Shown: one piece after another, positions 29,515 through 44,360 of the stretch
Position numbering within the stretch: the first letter of the stretch is position 1
Layout: the number at the start of each line of letters is the position of its first letter
Assembly (NCBI GenBank): GCA_964187785.1
Contig: OZ076409.1
Coordinates: 48,920,001-48,984,000 of the forward strand
Direction: 5' to 3'
DNA: 64,000 nt
Source: Amphiscolops sp. MND2022
Taxonomy: Eukaryota
Notes under the pieces: generated by a model
The model's database searches: none
What the model was told of the DNA's origin: nothing
Seen by the model: the letters and a program-made list of their open reading frames with translations, nothing else
Position numbers and translations under genes: made by a program

Positions 29515-30117
29515 TGTCGGAACGACTAATTGAAGCGGTTGCTAGTGCGTTTGCTACGTTATCTTCTCTATTACTAGTGGCAAACTTTTCGGTTAAGGTC
29601 TTCACTAAACTGGTTAACTCGCCAATCTGTCGATTCATGTCAGAGATTCTGATTCATTCATGTTCTCTTCCCTGAACCTCCAAGTAATCTTCTCATCTTT
29701 ATTCTCGATGTCTTTAGAATGAAATTCAGGGGAGCTAGATGTCTCATCATTGTCGAAGTAATCATTCAATGTTTCAGTTTTTCTATTTCTAATAAAAAAA
29801 TTGCAGTTTAATGAATGATTTGAATTGAAGTAATATAGTTTTCAATAACAGTAGAGTGATGGCGACTATCAGTCGTGGAAGTACAAATTCTTGTGGTTTT
29901 GTCACCTGCCAAACAGGTTTCAACGCAATACTGGTAGCTCGTCCTGTCAAGTGACTGTGCTAGCCAATCATAGCACGTTTCTTGATTGGTGCTAATTAGC
30001 GCAATTATTGATCTACTGCTTTGAGGGCTACTGTATGACAGCGCGTTCCAGTCGTCAAGGCAACTGCATATTGCAGTTAAAGCAACTACCTGATTAGAGT
30101 AGAGATTAATCATCACA
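29515..30117 (-). mobile_element. Probable solo LTR containing a gag-like N-terminal frame (family C, copy 1)
   Basis: Minus strand runs TGTGATGATTAA...CGACA. Same ends and TTGGTGCTAATT motif as 61581-62433. No TSD found. Confidence 0.5.
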
Positions 30118-31299
30118 ATTTGCTGTACTCATCGGTACTTAAATTTACAACTGCATGTTGATGAATAATGTCACAATGGTATTTAATGAAAGGGTATAGC
30201 GTGGACGACTGATTGTTCCAGTCATACTTTCATGTTAAAATGAAATGGTGAATATCACAACGATATGTCTTTCACAATTTGTTAAATGGTATGATGATGA
30301 AAAACGAATATTATGATGATGGACAAGGAATTTTATGATGATGGACAAGGATTGTTATGATGACCGGTTATCCATGTCTTTGAAAGTATTGTTTTAGGAT
30401 GAAAGCAGGATCAATAAATAAATCTAGGGCATAGTTAAATAAGATGACTTGTAGTTTCAACCATGTATTTTAGTGTATTTCATGTATCTCATCGGTAAGA
30501 TAGTTTTGAGTTTACTCCTGTCTTCTTCAATCTTGCCATACGGGATGACAATAACGCTCTTCAGAATGAAACATGTCGGGAACAGCCCAGTTACAGTACC
30601 AAAAAGTACCAATTGGGATACGCAAAAGGATAACATCAGGCAGTCAATGTTACAAAATTTCGATGAAAAATTCGAAATGTGCGGTATCAAATAACCACAT
30701 TCAAGATGGCCCACCCGGCAGGTACGAAAGTCGTAGAAGAACCAAAAAAAACGTACATACAGACCACCGCGTAGTTCCCGACACCCGAAGGCACTCGGAA
30801 GAGGCTGAAAAAAGAGCGAAACCCAGTGTGGTGCCATATCATCCAGGAAAATGTCGGAAAAGACCCTCCAGAATCAAGGTGCAACCTGTCAGTGGATCTT
30901 TGCAAGAAATCTGGAACCTTCTTAAAGATGCTCAAGGAACTCTTAGTAGTTAATTTCATTGTTATTGATGTTTGTGGCAGATTTGTAATAAAATTGGATC
31001 TAGCAGATCCCAATTTTGCTCATTTTAGATATAATTCTGCAAATATAATGTCCTTTTGCTGAACACCGTTTTTGGACCTCGGAAGTGTGTAGGAGTCGCG
31101 AGAACACGCTAGAAACCTTAGGATTTGTTTTTACAGGCTTGTGGGGCGTGTCCAGACTTTGAGAGTGCCGGCGCGTCGCCTCGGATCTCTAACAAGATGA
31201 GCTTCCTTAGACGTCAGAAATGTCCCCCTAGGAGACTTGTTTCAGCACCGTAGGCATTGTCCCTCTTCCTATATGTGCGCCGCTAGCCGGACGTTACAA

Positions 31300-31933
31300 A
31301 GACTCGAACACCGCTTTTCCTCAACTTGAAACATCAAAAAAACTGATTTTCTAAAGGAGAAAAAAATGAATTTTCCGAAAAATTGTTTCTTCGAGCAAAT
31401 GTTCCATAGTGCCGATAAGGAGGCTTTGCACTCGGGAAATACTTATTTCATTCGATGCTTCTTTCGAAAACATTCATCAAATTAAAGGGGTAGAAACAGT
31501 AAATTATTCGCGAAATCATTGAGATAACTCATCAGTTCCACAGGAACAAAGAAAGTTTCAAAAAAGAAAAACGCAAATGATGCGACCCTTTGGGCTTTTT
31601 TATCATCCAGTTGGGTGCAAAAAAAAACAAAATAACCAAAGAGGGGACCCTTAGGCGACTTGAAAAAAAATTCGAGGAAAAAAGTCTGAATGCCGAAAAA
31701 CCAGTAAAAGCGATCCTTTTGATTTGTCTAGTAACGAAAAAAGCTCCAAAAACTATGGTGCCCAATAGTGGAACCCTTTGGAACCACCGGAGTTTGCTTT
31801 CTAGTAAGGTAGGAAGGCCTAAGAAATTCTGTAAAAAGTGGACCTTTCAGTATGAGGCCTGTAGTCTGGAGAAAAAGGAGGGTCACTGTAAGAGTCGGGC
31901 ATTTTTTGTTTTCCAAAAAGCGCCGACAAAAAC
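31300..31933 (+). mobile_element. Helentron/DINE-1-like element, diverged
   Basis: GACCCTTTGG motifs and the family 3' end AGTCGGGC...AAAAGCGCCGACAAAAA. Confidence 0.6.
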
Positions 31934-33593
31934 CGGTTTTTTCAGACAATTCTGGATTTTTCTCATTGCTAAACTAAAACGTTTTCTAATTTTCCGGAAA
32001 CGTAATCGTGTTCCTGTCAAACTACGAAGTTTTTCTTATTCACGAAAACAGATACGAAAGTTGCGTAAAACGTCCGAAACTTCAGTTTTTGCTTTTCGTG
32101 GAATGTTGAGCTTTTTATTCAGAAAAATATCACATTGCTTTTTCAAGAATGTAAATGGTTCTGTTTTTGAATACTAGGTACATGCATACTATCCAAAGCC
32201 TTGCGAAAACGAACAAAAAATGCATAAAAAGTCAAAAGCTAAAAAAGGTACTTCATTTTAATGCCTAATGGACAATTTGTGGGCAAAAGACTACAGAGCT
32301 CGCTCCTGAAATGCGTGCTAGATAGCTTATTGTTTTGTCGTTGATATCTATGGATGTTCTCCACAAAGAACTCTCAACAACTGCCTCAATAATGCATGAA
32401 ACGGTCATTTGAAAAGGATGCTTGAAAATATTGCATGAAAATTTTAAAAAGGGATGCAGTGTGTGAAGAATATTTGCGATTTCTCAAAAAAAAGTGCGAT
32501 ATACAAGATAATGCAAAGTTGCTCTGCGTTTTATCGCTCAACGCTGTGGTCATTCATACCTAAAATCTGCACAAAATTCTCTTGAAAATAATAATCAAAG
32601 TTGGAAGATTTTGGTTTTTTGTTTATTTCTGGGTCATTCTGGGTCTCTTTGTTTCAGGCACTCTTGACAAAAAAACCGAAAAAACCTACGCCACTATTTT
32701 TACGGTAGTTAAACTCTATGGGGAACTTCTACAATCTGTGTATGAAATTGGAACATGACAAAATACTCGACAGAGCTCGTAAATTCCCCATGTATGAAAC
32801 CAATCCCCGTGGACGGAAAATAGTGAAAGTTTCTTGAGAATCTTATAAATTGAAAATTTTGACGAGGTGGCACCTTTCCAGCTCATCTTTTCAGGGTCGT
32901 TCGTGACAGAGTATCAGAACCGTAGATAATTTGCATGAATCATTGAATATGAACATGAACATGAAAATTTATTCATCTGAATGTATCCATAGATCAAATG
33001 AATGATATATATAAAATAGCAATCGGCGGCGACAGAACAAGAGGTAATCAGCTTGTCTAGAATTTGTTTGCCCCTGAGAATCAATTTGTGAATGATTCAA
33101 ACAAATAAAATTGGGCATGCTCTGAATTCATATTTCAATTTGATACAACAGTTCGAATAATCTGCTGTAAACACTGCATTTGTGTTTTCCACAGTTTCTT
33201 ACATGCTGCATCCATATTGGCAAAAAGTTATCCGACTTAAAGTTGAGTGTTTTCAACCAATCATAAGTTTTCGTGGAAAAATTACATCGAGTTTTTGCAT
33301 TATTAGTTTTGAGTGAGGTTCTATTGGTGAAATTCAATAGATTTGTTTGAAATACCCATGTTTGACGAATTGATGCTTTTTTTGAATTAGCGGTGCTAGA
33401 TCGTTTCTGTTAATCTCCACCCACAGTAAGCGCGAAAATTCTGAGAACCACCTCTCCCCAGTATCAGCGATTAGTTTCAGTTGCAGTTGGAGTTATAAAA
33501 ATTTGCAATTTGATTGGTTGTTCCCAGGCGTGCTCAATAAATGATTATGGGAAAGAATGTTGGAGGATATTCATTGAGTCGAAATGAAACAAA

Positions 33594-33800
33594 AGTATTA
33601 GAGCGTCGAAATTAAAAATATCTATTCATCGCCTCGGAAACAATTGGAAGTATTCAAAGCGTCGAAAAGTTCCACATTATACGAAGCGTCAAAAAGTTCC
33701 AAAGCTTTCAAAGCGTCGAAGTTTTCCAACGTATTCAAAGCGTCGAAACTTTCCCAAACATTCGAAGCGTCAAAATTTTCCAAAGTATTCAAAGCGTCGA
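33594..33800 (+). repeat. 27-bp minisatellite (TTCAAAGCGTCGAA core)
   Basis: AGCGTC recurs about every 27 bp from 33658 to 33793. Confidence 0.85.
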
Positions 33801-33814
33801 CATTCACTAAACTA

Positions 33815-33969
33815 CAGTAAAAACTGCTTAATAGCGATTCGCAAAATAGCAATTAATGTATATCAGCAAGACGCCTATAAGAACGAACCAATCATAACGT
33901 ACAAAATGATTTTTTATTGGCAAGATTTAAAGAATCACGAAGCGACTTGCTATTAAGCGGTTTCTACTG
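33815..33969. mobile_element. Tc1/mariner-pogo-type MITE
   Basis: About 28-bp imperfect TIRs (CAGTAAAAACTGCTTAATAGC / GCTATTAAGCGGTTTCTACTG) with TA on both sides. Confidence 0.8.
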
Positions 33970-36810
33970 TATTCATTGAGCCGAGAAATTGTTACTTTCT
34001 GTTGACTGCTGGTTCGTATCACAGCGTTGAAAATGAAGACTTGGTCCCACGGCGCAATTTATGTGTAATTAATGCATTTCATCCTAGCAATTATGGAAGC
34101 CAATTGTTGCATTTGGACTATGTTCAAGCAAAATATCGAAGATAGGCTTGTACTAAATTAAGAAATTAAATGAAGGCGGGCATCATTACGTATCGTGATG
34201 CTCAGGGCTAGCTGCCGGGGTTGCTAGCGCCGTGGTGAGGCCTTGTTAAGGTACAACCCAATTAGTACTGGACTGAGTCTCTCATTGGGAGAGGCATCTT
34301 ACTTTTCTCAAAGTTTGTTTTCAAAAATTCCTAAAATGTGCATAAGATGACCAATGCCACTACCAAGCCCCACCACTACATACAAAATGCCACTACTACA
34401 TGATTATTCGACGCTGTGGGAAATTCCTTTGACTGCTATTCATTTCTCCGATAGTAAGTAAGAGTAATAACAAAATCAATTTTTATTATTGATAACAAAA
34501 TCAAATGAATCAAATCATCGAAGTATGTTCGAAGTTTTCATTACGTTTCCGCACATACGGAACCGATCGATAACCAATTCTTTCACCAGAGAAAAGCCCA
34601 TTTTTCAAAACTGTAGTGTTTTCATTCAAATCACGTCATTTCCGACGCAGTGCCGATGGGTTTTGCCCAAGGGTGGCATTTATCAGAGTTCTTTCGCGCT
34701 TCAGAAATCGAATCGCGAGCCAAAGATATTTTGCTGCACTTTTTTTATTTAAAGCTCTCAATGGCATTGTTGGTACGCAATATTTTTAGTCTGTCCCATA
34801 CATTCAACAATTCGAGGGGGGTTGGGGGTATGGTATAAAAGTTGATAAAAAGTAAAAAACACTTCAGAATTTCTTCGAGTTCAGGATATTTTTGTAGTTA
34901 TTCGGTTGTCGTTTTCAAACCACAAAGTATTCCCATCTTTGGGCCCATCTGAGCTAAGGGCAAAAAACCCACAGACGAAATTTTCCGAATGATTTTTCCC
35001 AAGTTCTTGTCTTTCGGCCGGCTTTCGCCACAATTATGGTAGAAAGGTTAAGAAATAGTTGGGGCGCAGACTTGAAAGTACCATCACAGAGTACTACTTT
35101 GCATGTAGCCAAAGTTTATACCATTTTGTCAGTGGCGAAGAGATAGACCCCAAAATTGTTACATTTCTGAAGAAAAAACGCTTACTGCTATTTGTGAGGG
35201 CCCACTCAGCTCAACTTTTGATGTTCCTAGGTGTTTTGACAGAAGGGGCAACTCCTTCACCCTTGCTTGATAAAAGCCACTTTTAACGGACGAGAGAAAA
35301 GGTGCGTTAAATTTGGAAATCCCTAGAGAACTTGCTGATAAGTGATTTTCATTGTTTGTGTCGGATTTGATTTATTTTTCTTTTCCATAACATTCAAAAA
35401 TAACATTTCTGCGTTTTCACGACTTCACCTTCTTGATCTTTGCGAAGTCCATGAAATTTCAACATTTTCGTCAAATTTTGGATCATAACAAGTTGCGCAA
35501 CGCCTTTTTGCACACCATTCAAATAAACAATGTTTTTGTATTTTTATTAACTTTGTAACAATATTTGCGGTAAAATACGTATTGCCCCCTGGGGGAAGGA
35601 ATACTTTCGATATTGACGTTTTCGGTATCCATTGAAAATAAACTGACTTTTATTTTGAAACCTTTTTGTGTTTTTCTTTCTTTTTTGTCAAATTTGGTCC
35701 CGGAAACTGAAAATTAACCAGTTGGCGCCGGAAATCAACAAATAGGAACGCGCAATTTCTACAACATACCAGAAGTTCAAAAACTACTCAAATTTTATAG
35801 GCTGGCTGAAATTCAATTTTCGGCACGATGAATAGCTTTCAAACTTTCGACGCTTTGAATTTTAGACGGTTTGGGAATCCGTAAGAATGATTATAAAAAA
35901 TATGAATAAAAATAATTATTTTGAACCTGTTAGACTAAAAGTACAGGTCGCAAGTTATTTTGATGGCTAGCAACAAATATTGGACGGTTTGTGATGTTGG
36001 GAGCATGATTTAAGTTTTTGTTGATATCCGTTTTTCTCTGAGAACAATCCGTTTTATCGCTGAGGTCCGTAATAGTGTTGCTTTCAATCGGTTGAGTTAG
36101 CATTCAACTTACTACATTTATATCAATCTTGCATAGCAAAGAAATTTGAGTGAAAACTTAATTTCCACACAAAGAATTGGTCATTGCGGAAAAAGTAACA
36201 GTGTAACCCTATGTAAAAGAATTATTTGTTATCATTATTCAAGAGAGTTGCCTTGTGAGATATGCCAATTTGAAAGAAAATTTTCTAATCAAAAATTATA
36301 GTCCAATTTTTTTTTTATTGTTGTATCAAATCATGCAATAAAAACAATAATGTTCCTTACGGGACTAAGATTTAGAAACAAGCAAAAGTTTGTCACTTGA
36401 AGCAATGAAAGTGAGAAACCGGGCAATTGGATCTATTTGAAATCAGTTGCTTCAATTCTGTCAAAAACTGACAGCACACTATTTTCCTTTTCGCTACAGG
36501 GATTAAATTGGGGATTTCACTCCATTTTTCCAAAAAATCCGAGATTCTGCCAATCTTGTGTTCACTGCTAAGTTTATCTGGCATGATGTCCAAATGTCCA
36601 AATTCTTGTTTTATTTGTATTCGCAAGTGTTTCCTCCTCCCAGCTTGATGGTATTACAAAGTACTAGAAGTTATTTATTCTCTAATTAGATTTTTCCCAT
36701 GAACTGCAGTTTTCTTAATCTGAATTTGATACACGGTAACTAGATAATCTGCTTGTAAGTTATTTTGAAATTCGGAACACTTGATACTTACTTAGTTGCT
36801 TAAAAGTAAC

Positions 36811-37010
36811 NNNNNNNNNNNNNNNNNNNNNNNNNNNNNNNNNNNNNNNNNNNNNNNNNNNNNNNNNNNNNNNNNNNNNNNNNNNNNNNNNNNNNNNNNN
36901 NNNNNNNNNNNNNNNNNNNNNNNNNNNNNNNNNNNNNNNNNNNNNNNNNNNNNNNNNNNNNNNNNNNNNNNNNNNNNNNNNNNNNNNNNNNNNNNNNNNN
37001 NNNNNNNNNN
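36811..37010. other. Assembly gap (200 N)
   Basis: Run of N. Confidence 1.
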
Positions 37011-37986
37011 AGATAAAAGAGCTCAAAGACGTTGTAACAATTTCACCTAAAAGTTTTTCACAAAAGCATAACGTCCCGTACGTTTAATATGACCATAGAA
37101 CTCCTTACAAACCGCGGGTGCCAAGTTGACAATCATGGCTCCTTCTCGGAATTCAATCCATCATAGATTTTTCATGTGAATACCTTCAACTTCATGGAGA
37201 TTCATGAATGATTTCTTGTTACATTCCATCATCATCCATAATCATCCCAACTTTCCATAATCATCCTTCGTTATTTTCATTACATTCGAATCATGCCTAA
37301 TCAAACATGATCATGGCTACAATGCTTGACAGCCATACAAAAAGTCATATATGATGTATGATATCAACCAAGTCATACGATGGCAATACAAAAGAAAAAA
37401 ATCATAGACAACGATTACTATAGTGTAGTATTTTATGGACTAAATGCTTTCTATACATTGAAAATTAGCATAACGTAGTCAAGAAACGCCCAGCTTGATG
37501 AATTTGTTGGCTACTCGTTAGCAATGAACCAATTCCTATCAAACACTTAAGAATATATTCACAATTACGACTTTATGCAATATGATGTTGATTTTCTCAT
37601 GACCTCGTTTCGAGCACAAATCTCACTGAAAAGGAGTATGACTGTAACAAAAGAGTTGATGATAATATAAAATGAAGTCGAACCATTTCATAACATCTTC
37701 ATTGTTTGTGTATGCAAAATTTTTCAATGTATCCGTTTTCGATAGACGCCAAGATGGTGTTATCTCCTGTTCCAACTTCAGCCTAAATAGCCGAAGGCCA
37801 TTACTGTGCAAAAAAAATCTTTGGGAAAAAATTCAGTTTGCTACATTCTTTTTTTGAAAACCTGGGAGTCCTACAATGACCATGTATAAAAGGTTTAGTT
37901 CATACAAAAACCATATATAAAAACATTTCAGTCATAGCATTATCATAAGAAAATTTTTATGTAGGCATCTAGTTTCCATATATGGA

Positions 37987-38412
37987 ACAAGACGGGAACG
38001 TCTCAAGTCGGCGCTATATCTAAGGCTCAAAAAGCGCAAAACATTTTTTTTGGAAAAAAAACTTGAAATTTTCGAAAAAAAAAATTTCTTTCGGAAAATG
38101 TCGCACAGTGCCCAAAAAATGTAAAAAGAGGGACCCTTTTTGATTTATAAACACGCATTCTGTAGCAAAATAACAAAAAACTCAAAGGGGGGACCCTTTG
38201 GGGACATTAAAAAATTTTTGAAAAAAAGTCGCACAGTGCCGAAACAAATCCAAAGGGGGGACCCTTGAGGCACGTCCGGTATTGTAGGTTACGCTAAAAA
38301 AGTAAAAAAAGAAAGGGGGACCCTTTGGAGACAAAAAAAATTGGAAAAGAAGTCGCACAGTGCCAAAAAAATTGAAAGGGGGGAGGGACCCTTTAGGCAC
38401 GTCCGGATGTGT
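37987..38412 (+). mobile_element. Helentron/DINE-1-like element, 3'-truncated and fused to a BEL/Pao fragment
   Basis: ACAAGACGGGAACGTCTCAAGTCGGCGC start and GGGGACCCTTTG repeats. Confidence 0.75.
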
Positions 38413-39141
38413 ATGTAGGGAATACAATGCCGTTGTCCAAGCTGCAATTATGACTGACTTACCAAGACTGAGGGTGGAGAAAGTTGAATTCCCTCTTGCT
38501 TATGTTGGAGTCGATTACTTTGGGCCCATTGAGGTGAAAAACATGAGAGAGAGATAATAAAAAGATGGATGTGTGTCTTTCCCCATTAAAAAGATGGGTG
38601 TGTGTTCTGAAAGGTCAAAGGCTTACTGACGAGCTTTTAGCTACAATTCTTTGTCTCACTGAGCAACTGCTAAACTCTTGCCCACTCACGCCTATTTCTA
38701 ATGATCCTTTTGACATGGAAGTTTTACCACATCATCATTTTCTATTGGGCCGGTCGAGTGGTGCTATTCCTTATTTGCCTGATAGCAAAAGTACCAAAAT
38801 CACATAAAGATGTTCCGAGTGGCTTAAACTCACATAGACAACAATTGGGCAAGATGGCTGAAATGGTGCATCTTCCAGTGCATAATATTCGCCTGAAATG
38901 GTACAAGGAACGTCCGCAATTGAAAGTACATGATCGGGTGTGGATTATCGACCATCGTGAAAAACGTGGGTTTTTACCGGCTTTGAAGAGTCAAAAAGAG
39001 TCATTTTGGTAATTATGGCGATATTCGATCTTGTGACATCCTAACCCAACCTGGAGTTGTCTCTCGACCTACAGTCAAGTTTTCCCGTGTGTTGGGAGAC
39101 ATTGAGTGTGTTCCTCCCCAAGAGAAACAGAGGGCAGGGGA
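38413..39141 (+). pseudogene. Duplicated BEL/Pao integrase 3' segment plus PPT
   Basis: Near-identical to 47180-47900 (VGVDYFGPI; AGAGGGCAGGGGA PPT). Confidence 0.9.
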
Positions 39142-39418
39142 TGAAAAGGCCTGAAAACCAGTACAAAAAACGACCTCAAAATGTGTGACTTTGCAGAGCT
39201 ATAACTCCGACCCCATTGAAAGAATCAACCCCAAAACAGAAGTGATCGCCCATTTTTGAGCCAAATTACCGATTCAGTACAAAGAACTTGAAATCGAAGC
39301 AACTTTTTCTCAAAAAAAGTTTTTATGGAGTTTTTTTTTACTTTGCATTCAATATATCACTTTAGGCCTCATATTTGTCTCTGATTGTGCGAACATATTT
39401 GAGTATTTGCAGCCATTA

Positions 39419-40461
39419 CTTTAGAGTGCATAGGCAGGCTAAATATGCTCAAAGCACAATTTTGTGCTTTCATTACCTCGGATTCCACGACCATACTTTT
39501 AACCGTGCAAAATTGGCAAATTACGTCATAAGTCCCGGATCCCACGGTTTATATCGTGGATTCCAGTAACAAATGCTTAGCTGTATGTACTGTCGACATG
39601 CTGCTTTGTCCTGGATTCCACAAAAACATAATGTTTGCAAAATGAACCAATCAGATTGCAGAATCATAAATTCCCTGGATTCCACGACTTTATGCGTGAC
39701 GCGTTACGCGGCATCTCTACTTGGATTAAATTCAAGTAGAAGATTGAACAAACATTATATTATGCGCTACTTTTCGTAAATTTATTCAAAATGATTCAGA
39801 CTAACACAACAATATTGCAGAAATATTCGTATTTTTCAAAGTTTAGTACCAGTTTTGAACAGACTGCCAGATCATCACAATCTGCCATTATTTGATGACA
39901 TGCTGCAATTTTGGTACCAGTCATGAGTAACTCTATTCGTACTTTGTGATTTTTCGTGTCAATCAAAACAATTTCCGTTGATACAAAATTGATTTAACTT
40001 TTGTTCTTCTGACGTTCCAATAATGATCATGCCAAATGAATGTTATATTACACAAGTATTCGTATTTTTCAAAGTTTAGTACCAGTTTTGAACAAGCTGC
40101 CAGATCATCACAATCTGCCATTATTTGATGAGATGCCGCAATTTTGGTACCATACATGAGTATCTTTATTCGTACTTTGGGATTTCTCGTGTCAATCAAA
40201 ACAATTTCCATTGATCAAAAATTGATTCAATTCAAGTTCTTCTGCTTTTCCAATAACGATCACTCAAAATCAGCGGACCAATCAGAGAGCAGTCATTATA
40301 GCAGCAGTATTGGCGTGGAATCCAGGACAAGCACTGTCGTAGAATCCAAGACACGCTCAAAATCAAAGAGAAATTTGGTCCTGGATTCCACGACTTTTCT
40401 CAATTTTCGTGTCCCGGATTCCACGACAAGCAGCAAAAGAGCTTGCCTATGCACTGTAATG
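39419..40461. mobile_element. Non-autonomous TIR DNA element inserted in the BEL 5' LTR
   Basis: About 22-bp TIRs (CTTTAGAGTGCATAGGCAGGCT / AGCTTGCCTATGCACTGTAATG), TA flanks and repeated subterminal GGATTCCACGAC. Absent from the 3' LTR. Confidence 0.85.
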
Positions 40462-43400
40462 TATTAGCCTACATAGATTGGCAGATTGTGTCCAGGATTT
40501 TTATTGATCACGAAAGTTTAGTTACTTATTGTAAATCAGCGTATTTACTCTCATACCTTCATATTTACGCATAAATAGTTGCTTCAATATTTTTCACGCT
40601 GAAAGTCGATGTTCCTGAAATATTGTATAAACATAATGGAACGGAAAACTGACGTCTTGGAAGCAAGTTGTGGGTGTTTATAGAAGTTGAAGTATCCAGT
40701 TTCCATCACGGATTCGTAATGTTTTCGCAAACTTCACAATTTTTTGCAAGTTGAACTTATCCGAGTTCAGGCCGACGGTTCGAACGTATTAGCTACTAGA
40801 ATCAGCCTTTACTTTTTGGTGCTGCAACCCGCAACGGTTGCGTTATTATTCACTTTCTTTGACTTCTGCTGTTCTTCAATTCTCAGCTTTGGTAGGTTTG
40901 CAGATACCCACCTGGTTTGCTTATATCTCAAAGGAGAGCGAAAATCATATTTAATTGGACATTGCATTCTCGTCAGAGAGGACCTGATACGATCCCTGTC
41001 GGGTTGACCAATTAACTACATAGCTGTAATTTTAGCTGAAGTTACTGTACGAAGATGGCAAAGTTTGATTTGACCAACCCGAAGGTAATGACAGTGCAAA
41101 GCGGAACAACACAGGTGTTGTTATTTTCAAATGCATTGAAAAATTCATCAAACCCCTGAGAATTGCGAGAACACGGAAAATGATTAGCTAAAACAGTTTG
41201 AGCAATAGCACAGATGATTCCGAAATTCGAGGAACTGAAAGTTAAAGGAAAGGATTACGAACCCGGTATATGCGAATTGGGTAGTCTTTGTCAAGATCAT
41301 AGCAAATACATTGAAGGAATAAATAACGAATGCCTCAGTTGCATTCACTTGCTGAAAGACAAGTATCAACCAGAGCGTCGCAAGGTCTTGCATTGTCAAA
41401 CCAAAGATCTTGAACAATTTTTTAAAGAATGCTCAACAATGTTAAGCAAACTGAAAGGATGTTCAACAGTTCACCTTCTTTTGACGGATAAATGTCAGTT
41501 TTTACGATACTGTAAATTATCAGGCAAAATTAACGACGCCCGTGTCAAGATTCAAGGCAAAATTTCCAAGACGGAATCAAAAATTGCAAAAAGCGCCAGA
41601 TCAACTAAAGTTAAGTCAGCTTTACCAGAAGTCCGAGAGATGAAAGACGTAATAAATAAAACTCTGAACGAGCAACGAACACTGATGAATTCGGAATTTG
41701 CCATTGTCAATCAAAACTTCTTTTCATCGGAGGCTATGTAGATCGAGACAGCAGAGAAATGTATTTTCAGTCAGAAAAAAATTAGGATGACGATGCAACA
41801 TTAGCCAAAGAATGTTCGGAAACTCAAGATCTTTCAGCTAATGCTGAAACAGACCAGGTCAAACGCAAGAAAAATGCTGTCCAGAAAATGGACCAAAACT
41901 TGAAACTTTTGAAGAGTCTTAACGACACATTTTCATGAGACGATTCAAAAAAGTACGGGGCGGGTCTACTAAGTACAATGCTCCAGCAGACGTGAGTCAT
42001 GAGTTGGAGCAATCCACTAGCATTATCCAAATCCATCCACAATGAAAACTTTAGCCAGTAAGCCTTCGAAATGTCAGCACTCCAACACCGGTTCACGATC
42101 ATCACGACTCAGTGAACGTCATCAACTTGAGAGTCGAGCGAAATTTCTGGAACAAGAATCACGAATGACGATTGGGAAAAAAGAAAAAGAACTCGAGCTA
42201 AAACGCAAGCAGCGGGTAAAAGTAATAGAAGCAGTGCTAAGAGAAACTGGGTTAGCTGATTTACGATATCAAACATCCCTAAAGATGCACGAAATGAAAC
42301 TGCAAATCAAGAGGAGCAGGAGGCTCTTGTCCTGGGTCAACTGCCAGTCTGATGTCGTTATCAATTGATTGGCGACATCGAAAGCTAGTTAGATTCAACC
42401 ACCGATGTTATGGATATTCAAAAGCAATATTCGCAGAATGTTGTCAAAACGGCAGAACAAAGCACTGTTGTCTCAAACGATCCAGTGACTTCGCGAAGTA
42501 GAGGACAGCCACTGAAAGTAATTGAGAGAAAAGATCCTTCTACCGAACGCAAAGGCAGACGGGTAAGTGGCTGAGGTGATAGAAGCCGAAGCTTTCCAAA
42601 TCAAGATCAATCTGACCGAAACGATATCTCAATGTTAACAGCGAAGTACTCAACAGGGTTTCACATCTCAACTCATTGCCTATTCAACAAGTTTGTACCC
42701 CAATGGACAGTTCAGACATCCAGTCTAACAAAATAGAAGATGAATGAATTTGTAGGTGATCCTCTGGAGTGGCCCGAATGGTCCAGTCTGTTAATGCAGT
42801 TATTCACAATGCGCCAATCGACGAGAAGTCAAAAATGAAACATTTGAAGATGCTGGTGGAGGCAAAGCTAAAGCGGTCATTGCAGGTTTTGATTACTGTG
42901 GGCGTTGTATCACACTGCCTGGGACACGTTGGTCCGCAACTTTGGTCGACCCCAGAGAGTGGTTAATGCTCAAATGAAACTTATCCACACGAACCCTTTC
43001 ATCAAATTCCACGACTCAGCGGCTATCATTAAACATGCCCAACTTATAACAGTATGTGTTAATGATAGTTTTGATAAAAGTCTCGAATCAGTACGGTTTC
43101 ACCAGTGACCTTAGCTCAGAGTCTGTATTGAACAGCGCTGTAAGAAAACCACCTCAAGAATTGAAAACGAAATGGTTGTTCTATGCAAAAGGAGAAAATT
43201 ACCAAACTGCAAACTTCAATAAATTTTGTGAGTGGTTGAACGACGTTAATTTGGTTCATGACGAACTGCCGGTTCAATTCAGACAAAGCAGCGACAAGAA
43301 GCAGTCAGCGTTGACCGACCGAGCAAGAACAGCAGGATCATCCATGTCGTCGACAAACAACGAGACTGGGTTGTCTACATTCAATGCTAGACCTAAGGCT

Positions 43401-44360
43401 CCACTTAAATGAGTGGTCTGTGGTAATGCCCATGGACCATGGGCTTGTGACGTTTTCAAGAAACTTGCTCATATCGACCGATACAAAAAGATGAAAGAGA
43501 ATAAATTGTGCTTTCTATGTACATGTGGTGGACATGCTGTGAAGGATTTCAAAATGAAAGAAATCCCTAACATAACATCAACGGAGACTGTAGAGACCCA
43601 GGTAAGTTTGAACACTTTTGGCATGTTAACTGTGTACCAAGGGGAACTCTCAAAAAATGGAAAAGAGCAAGGGTTCTTGCGTTAGTCGATAGTGGATCTA
43701 GTCTGTCATGGAAAAATGCGCCGTCAGCAGATCAACTGAATCTGCAGGAAGTCAAACGGAGTCTAACGGTTAGCGGACCAAATGATACCGAATGTCACAA
43801 TAGTGAGCTTCTCAAAGTCACCATCCATTCAAAGAGTTATGGAAACGAAGAAATCTGCAGGGCAATTCATCAAAACTTAGTAATCGGCGACAGTTTTTAT
43901 GATATTCGACGTATTCGGAGTCAATACACGCAACTGTTCAAAGTTCCGTCAAGCATTTTCAATCTTAAGGATGTCAAAGTTATCCTTGGAACATATTGAT
44001 TCTCATTAACTTGATCTTTAGATTGTCAGCGAGGTGAGCCAGGTGAACACTGGGCTGTTCGATGTTCTTTGAGAGGGACAGTCAGTGGCCCATTTCCAAA
44101 AAAAATGTGTCGCCGCTGACATCATGTCATACAGATCGGATGTTAAAGCACTTAAAAATATCGCGAATACAACGCAGCACTGTGAAAATGACATGTACAC
44201 TGTTGGAGTGTTGTAGAGTTCTCCCCGTTCCGGCCTTCCAAACAACTATCGATGTGCAGTTAAGCAGTTCTTGTCACTCGAAAACCCACTGGCCAAGAAT
44301 CCAGAACTCCAAGCTTCGTTTTCTGCTATAATCTAGGCGGGCCAAGAGTCGGGTCATTCT

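Noticed and set aside
30450..31297. Further solo LTR ending CGGACGTTACA
   Set aside because: No matching left end or TSD could be defined.
33594..33852. CRISPR-like array or repeat protein (FDALNTLEN)
   Set aside because: Plain 27-bp minisatellite without unique spacers, in a eukaryotic context.
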